DNA of 64,000 nt. It comes from a virus. Taxonomy: Duplodnaviria > Caudoviricetes. Position numbers and translations under genes: made by a program. The notes under the pieces are model-generated. The model searched no databases and had not been told where the DNA came from. It saw only the letters and a list, made by a program, of their open reading frames with translations. Positions within the stretch are counted from its first letter, which is position 1. Every line of letters starts with the position of its first letter. Positions 59,401 to 64,000 of this stretch are shown here, piece by piece. Where the stretch lies: the IMG/VR virus record IMGVR_UViG_3300028805_000101, positions 1 through 64,000 of that record; one strand, given 5' to 3'.

Positions 59401-60099
59401 TTATTGAAGTGTTATCAATCCTTCAACATTCCAGTCAACTTCTATATAGTTCTTATTTGAATAGAAGGTCTTACCTAAATCGTAATAAACCATTGGTATT
59501 AACTTATCATTATTATTTTTACAGCCAAGTAAGATATATCTCATAGCGGTCAAATTATTTTCTTGATATGTCAAGTCTGCTGCAGTAAGACTTGCTACAT
59601 TGTCTTCAACATAGGTCTTATTAATGCTATAAGTTCTATATTCAGCCGAACTATAATTTTCATCAAAATTATATTCTGCCTTCCAGTGTTTCAATCCAGT
59701 AGTTGACATTGGATCTGGCTTATAATAATCTAAGTCTTTCATAACCCAACTGTTACAGTTTTGATAAACGGTATCACCAAATATTCTAGAAGAACAAGCA
59801 ATATTCTGATGTTCATCATACGAATATTCAGACGATATGTTTGTGTCTTTATTGTATGTTGTAATATTTGTATCTAAAATATAAGTATTAATTGGTGTTA
59901 TAGTTGCACTGTGTGATATATTTTCTGCCAATTCTATTAAATTATCATAATAACCTGATATTTGTGAAAATATATTTAGAAAATTAGCATCTGAAGAATA
60001 ATAGCCACTTATCTTATTATTATAATCACCTGAAATTTCATTATTACCTAATGCTTTCTTATATTGAGGAAATATCATTCTGTGTCCAGAAAAAGACAT
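59401..60099 (-). CDS. putative virion structural protein
   Basis: position in structural module; no recognised motif. Confidence 0.55.
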   Translation of the reverse strand: MSFSGHRMIFPQYKKALGNNEISGDYNNKISGYYSSDANFLNIFSQISGYYDNLIELAENISHSATITPINTYILDTNITTYNKDTNISSEYSYDEHQNIACSSRIFGDTVYQNCNSWVMKDLDYYKPDPMSTTGLKHWKAEYNFDENYSSAEYRTYSINKTYVEDNVASLTAADLTYQENNLTAMRYILLGCKNNNDKLIPMVYYDLGKTFYSNKNYIEVDWNVEGLITLQ

Positions 60100-60100
60100 A

Positions 60101-63100
60101 TTATTTAACCTCCAATATATTCATCTTATCATTATTGGATTCAGTATCAATCTTAAAACTAACACTATTTCCTGTTAATGGAACATTATTAGAATTTTCC
60201 ATAAACATTATATTTCTTCCAGATGAATCTACAACAAGTAATCCTGCAAAATCTTGTTCAGATGAAACCGATGTTGTAGTGAAATTACCTTTCTTATATA
60301 AAGTATCTCTAATTTCGAGTGGTGTCAAATAATCACCAATAGTATAGTATGTTTTTGTATGAGTTCCATCCAATGAGTAATATATCTTATCACCATTAGC
60401 AGTAAATGTTACATTATGTTTACCAATAAGACCATTAGTTTCAATATCTTGGAATGTATCATAATTTATTGTAGCAGAATTTATTATATCATAAGTATAA
60501 TAGAAATATTTATCATAGTCTTGTGAATGGGCTGATAATATAGATTTGTCAATAAATGATTCTTCAGTAGCAATTAAATTTGACATATCATTAATATATA
60601 CAAGGCTATTATTCCTTCCGATTGGAGTACCTTCAGGTTCACCCATATAATACATATCTGGATTTTCTATATTATATGGTGTCAAATGATAACTCTTATA
60701 AATAAATCTATTCTTTTCAAATATTCTAGGATTATGATACTTATTATTGTTATCGCCTAATGTAGCATATTCATAGAATTTACCAAATTCATCAGGATTT
60801 GTTAGAATATTTCTTAATTGTTTATCTGGTGCATAAGCCGGTTGTGTTTCTGTTCTTATGAATGTATATCCATCAAAAGAATTCTGAATACCCGCAACTT
60901 CCATTCCATTTAAGTAATATCCTGAATTAAATGTCATACACGATACAGAACCATTTGTCGCAGTATAAGGTTCTAACTTATAAACATCGCAATATACATT
61001 ATCTATCATGCCTTTGCCATCATGTTCAGCTAAATCAATTTTAAATTTAGTTGTTGCATACGAATTGGCTAAGCCTAAATAAATTCCAGTATTTCCATAT
61101 AAGTATCTTTTATTCCATTTTTTAGTATGAGCAACATTAAGACTCAAATTATTATATGAATCAGGATCTTCATCACCCCAAGTATTAAAGAAATCATCAT
61201 ATAAAACTATAATAGGTGATATATTTGAAGTACAACTTGCAACAGTTATCAATTCATGTGCAATATTTCTCTTATTATATCCATTAGGTATATTCAAGCC
61301 TAAATTATTTACACTATCACTATTCATTTGGGGAGACAAATTCCAGTTACCCCAGAATGATGCACCGGCACCACCAGATGCATAGTTAGTCATAAATGGT
61401 AAATCAGCAATAAACAAATATCCTGTATCATCACCTTTCAATAAATCCTTTGTTGTTGGGTCTATTTTTGCAGAATATGAAGATACTTCAGGTTGTGTAG
61501 GAAATACTGGATTATATGTTTTAAAAAACCAAATATTTCTATCTGTAGTTGCTAGAGATAAACTATTTACTGGATTATATTTTAATTCATAAATACCAAC
61601 ATATCTTCTATTATCTGCTTCATATTCAACACCATCATATACATAAGACTGATAGAGTTGATTATTTTTTCCTGTAAGAACCTTTAATTTATATGGTTTT
61701 ATTTTTAAGTCTTCGCCAAATACACCATATGCACTAATATGTGAATTTATTAAACGAATTCCTGCAGTTTGAATGAATGTAGATGAAAGTTCCATATTAC
61801 TGGTTTCATAATCTATTTTTCCAGCAATTACACCAAAAGCATTCTCAATACTTATATCAGCAGATGCTCCTATTGTATGTGTATTTCCATAGTTTGAATA
61901 CATCATTATATCACAAGAACTTATTGTACAACCTGCTAGTATATAATCATATGAAACATTATCAGCAAAACAATATTCATCAGATGGAATATATCTACCA
62001 AATAAACCACCAGCAATAAATATTGGTTTTAACTTATAAATTATACAGTCATCTGTAATATCTCTATCCAAATCAACTGTCGGATCATCATCATAAAATG
62101 CAGAAAACATTAAATCAGCATTACAAGATGTAACGGTATTATTCGCGGAATAGACATAATAATCAGGTTTCTTATCCTTTGGTAATAATGGTGTCTGTTT
62201 GTAAACTACTTGATAACTCTTATCATTGCCTACAGGATTATAATTAAGCTGATAATTTGTATCAGCATGTACTTTTAATAACTGACCTCTACCTTGCTTA
62301 CCAGCAATACCACCAATGAAACCAACGAAATTAGTATCATTTGTAATTTTAACTCGAGTATATACACTTGATATAGTTCCATAGTTTGCACCAACAAGAC
62401 ATCCAATGTTATATGCCACACGAGCCATTGGACTCATTCTTAATGATGTCTGACAATATGCAGAAGGACAATATGGAAAATAACTAGATGTGGCTGTGGT
62501 GCTTCCTTCATCATTTAAGGCTTTATCTATCTTATTCTTATAAACATTTTTAATAATGTTAGCATTGTAGCAGATATTGGAGCCACCCCATGCATCTCTA
62601 TATGATGTTACTGTGTTCGGCCAGAATTTAGGAGGAATACCTGGATCTGTTTTCTTTTCATTCAAAGTATTATTAAGAATACAAGTAGTATAGTTTAAGT
62701 CTTTATCAACACCCATATAAACAGGTATTTGACATAATGCTAATATTTCATTTTTTAATATAGTAGGATTTGTTGTATCTGAATATTTAGCATCTGCATA
62801 TTGACCACCAAGGCCTAATCCATAAAATACATTACCTACACGATTATATGCATTTAATGGCTGATAATAAGGACCATTATTAATTCCAGTATATAAAATA
62901 CTATCAAGAAAATCAAATTTTTTAGCTGTTGTACCAGTTAGTGCCCAATCTGCACTCAATGGCAGGTCATTTTTAATATTATCAGTAGTCGCAGTAAGAT
63001 TATGTGAATCTTGATAATATCTAGTTGATGCCCACATATCTTCGCCATAATAGCCTTCGGCGAAATAACCAACATAAGGACAGACATTACCTGGTGAATT

Positions 63101-63976
63101 TATGCACCACGAATTTAAGAAATAGAAATTCTCAGTTCCTTTACTCCATTTTTGTCTAACTTTACCATCTGACCAAGTATAATCATCACTCTTATTTGTG
63201 ACTGAATATACTTCCGGAATAAACCCATTCAAATGTAATATAGGTGTAGATCTTATATTATAAACTTTTCCATAATTTCTACCAACAAGTACACCAGCAT
63301 TAATATCTCTAGCATCAGATTTTATATGATTAAGATTAAGTTTCTTATTACAATTTAATGTTATATTACCGTAAATATTAAAATTTTTTACAGTTCCAAA
63401 TTTACCAAGTACACCAACAAGACCATAATCTGTTGTAGAACATTCTAATGTAATTTCTTGTAGATTATAACCATTACCATCAAGAATACCTTCAAATGGA
63501 TACTTTTCATCCGCACCGATTGGGTCACCATTGATAACGCCTTCAATTTTATCACCAATAACACCAATAATTCTATTATTTAACTTATTTGCTCTATTTG
63601 CGAACCAAGTTAATTCATCTTTTGAACGAATATAATAGAAACCACCAGAATTTATATATTCTGTTATGCTTGTAATATTTGCACTAATTGTTGAATAATA
63701 ATATTCTTTAAAGTTATCAAAATTTTCAGCATTAATGAACATCGGCTTGTTTGACAATACTTCATCATCTAAAACTTTTCGCCATGATTTTTCATATATA
63801 CAGCCACTAAGTAATCCTGTTCCTGACATAGTTTCAATTTTATAGTTGAAATTGTCAGAACTTAAAACCATCTCGTCATGATTATATGCTGTTGCTTCAG
63901 CTGGACTTGTATAACTGAAAACTGTTGAATCAGTCTTCATAAAGTCATCAACATTTCTATATTGTTCCAAAGGCAT
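60101..63976 (-). CDS. 1291-aa GLUG-motif virion-associated protein
   Basis: FEGILDGNGYNL, YGLVG.LG, AGVLVGRNYG, IGCLVGANYG, IGGIAG repeats. Confidence 0.7.
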   Translation of the reverse strand: MPLEQYRNVDDFMKTDSTVFSYTSPAEATAYNHDEMVLSSDNFNYKIETMSGTGLLSGCIYEKSWRKVLDDEVLSNKPMFINAENFDNFKEYYYSTISANITSITEYINSGGFYYIRSKDELTWFANRANKLNNRIIGVIGDKIEGVINGDPIGADEKYPFEGILDGNGYNLQEITLECSTTDYGLVGVLGKFGTVKNFNIYGNITLNCNKKLNLNHIKSDARDINAGVLVGRNYGKVYNIRSTPILHLNGFIPEVYSVTNKSDDYTWSDGKVRQKWSKGTENFYFLNSWCINSPGNVCPYVGYFAEGYYGEDMWASTRYYQDSHNLTATTDNIKNDLPLSADWALTGTTAKKFDFLDSILYTGINNGPYYQPLNAYNRVGNVFYGLGLGGQYADAKYSDTTNPTILKNEILALCQIPVYMGVDKDLNYTTCILNNTLNEKKTDPGIPPKFWPNTVTSYRDAWGGSNICYNANIIKNVYKNKIDKALNDEGSTTATSSYFPYCPSAYCQTSLRMSPMARVAYNIGCLVGANYGTISSVYTRVKITNDTNFVGFIGGIAGKQGRGQLLKVHADTNYQLNYNPVGNDKSYQVVYKQTPLLPKDKKPDYYVYSANNTVTSCNADLMFSAFYDDDPTVDLDRDITDDCIIYKLKPIFIAGGLFGRYIPSDEYCFADNVSYDYILAGCTISSCDIMMYSNYGNTHTIGASADISIENAFGVIAGKIDYETSNMELSSTFIQTAGIRLINSHISAYGVFGEDLKIKPYKLKVLTGKNNQLYQSYVYDGVEYEADNRRYVGIYELKYNPVNSLSLATTDRNIWFFKTYNPVFPTQPEVSSYSAKIDPTTKDLLKGDDTGYLFIADLPFMTNYASGGAGASFWGNWNLSPQMNSDSVNNLGLNIPNGYNKRNIAHELITVASCTSNISPIIVLYDDFFNTWGDEDPDSYNNLSLNVAHTKKWNKRYLYGNTGIYLGLANSYATTKFKIDLAEHDGKGMIDNVYCDVYKLEPYTATNGSVSCMTFNSGYYLNGMEVAGIQNSFDGYTFIRTETQPAYAPDKQLRNILTNPDEFGKFYEYATLGDNNNKYHNPRIFEKNRFIYKSYHLTPYNIENPDMYYMGEPEGTPIGRNNSLVYINDMSNLIATEESFIDKSILSAHSQDYDKYFYYTYDIINSATINYDTFQDIETNGLIGKHNVTFTANGDKIYYSLDGTHTKTYYTIGDYLTPLEIRDTLYKKGNFTTTSVSSEQDFAGLLVVDSSGRNIMFMENSNNVPLTGNSVSFKIDTESNNDKMNILEVK

Positions 63977-64000
63977 TCTTGTAGTATCATAAGTATTCTT

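Overview
AT-rich segment of a large, probably jumbo, myovirus-like phage genome. Nearly all genes lie on the minus strand and use the standard genetic code. 1-48.6 kb is an early/accessory region of dense small ORFs behind a repeated sigma70-type promoter (TTTACAT-N17-20-TTGACA-N17-TATATT, often followed by TAAACTTAG). 48.6-64 kb is a virion module with LamG, fibre, T4 gp14-like neck and GLUG proteins. The only well-supported plus-strand gene is tnpB of a non-autonomous IS200/IS605-type element (about 936-2343). Main observations: (1) a complete deamidating NAD+ salvage route (pncA, pncB, nadD fused to Nudix, nadE) within 9.5 kb, plus a second Nudix and a PARG-like protein, with different chemistry from the NARP1/NARP2 phage pathways; (2) an NAD-dependent DNA ligase split into two separately promoted genes; (3) at least 21 otherwise dissimilar small proteins sharing a C-terminal Lys-rich helix ending in Asp-Phe; (4) host-like hisA, groEL, hsp20, M18 aminopeptidase, Thg1, a sigma factor, an orphan Panacea antitoxin and a frameshifted SemiSWEET; (5) two hairpins with exactly complementary loops in the tnpB leader. 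The host may be Fibrobacterota- or Bacteroidota-like (inference only). All family calls come from motif recognition by eye; no HMM or BLAST search was run.
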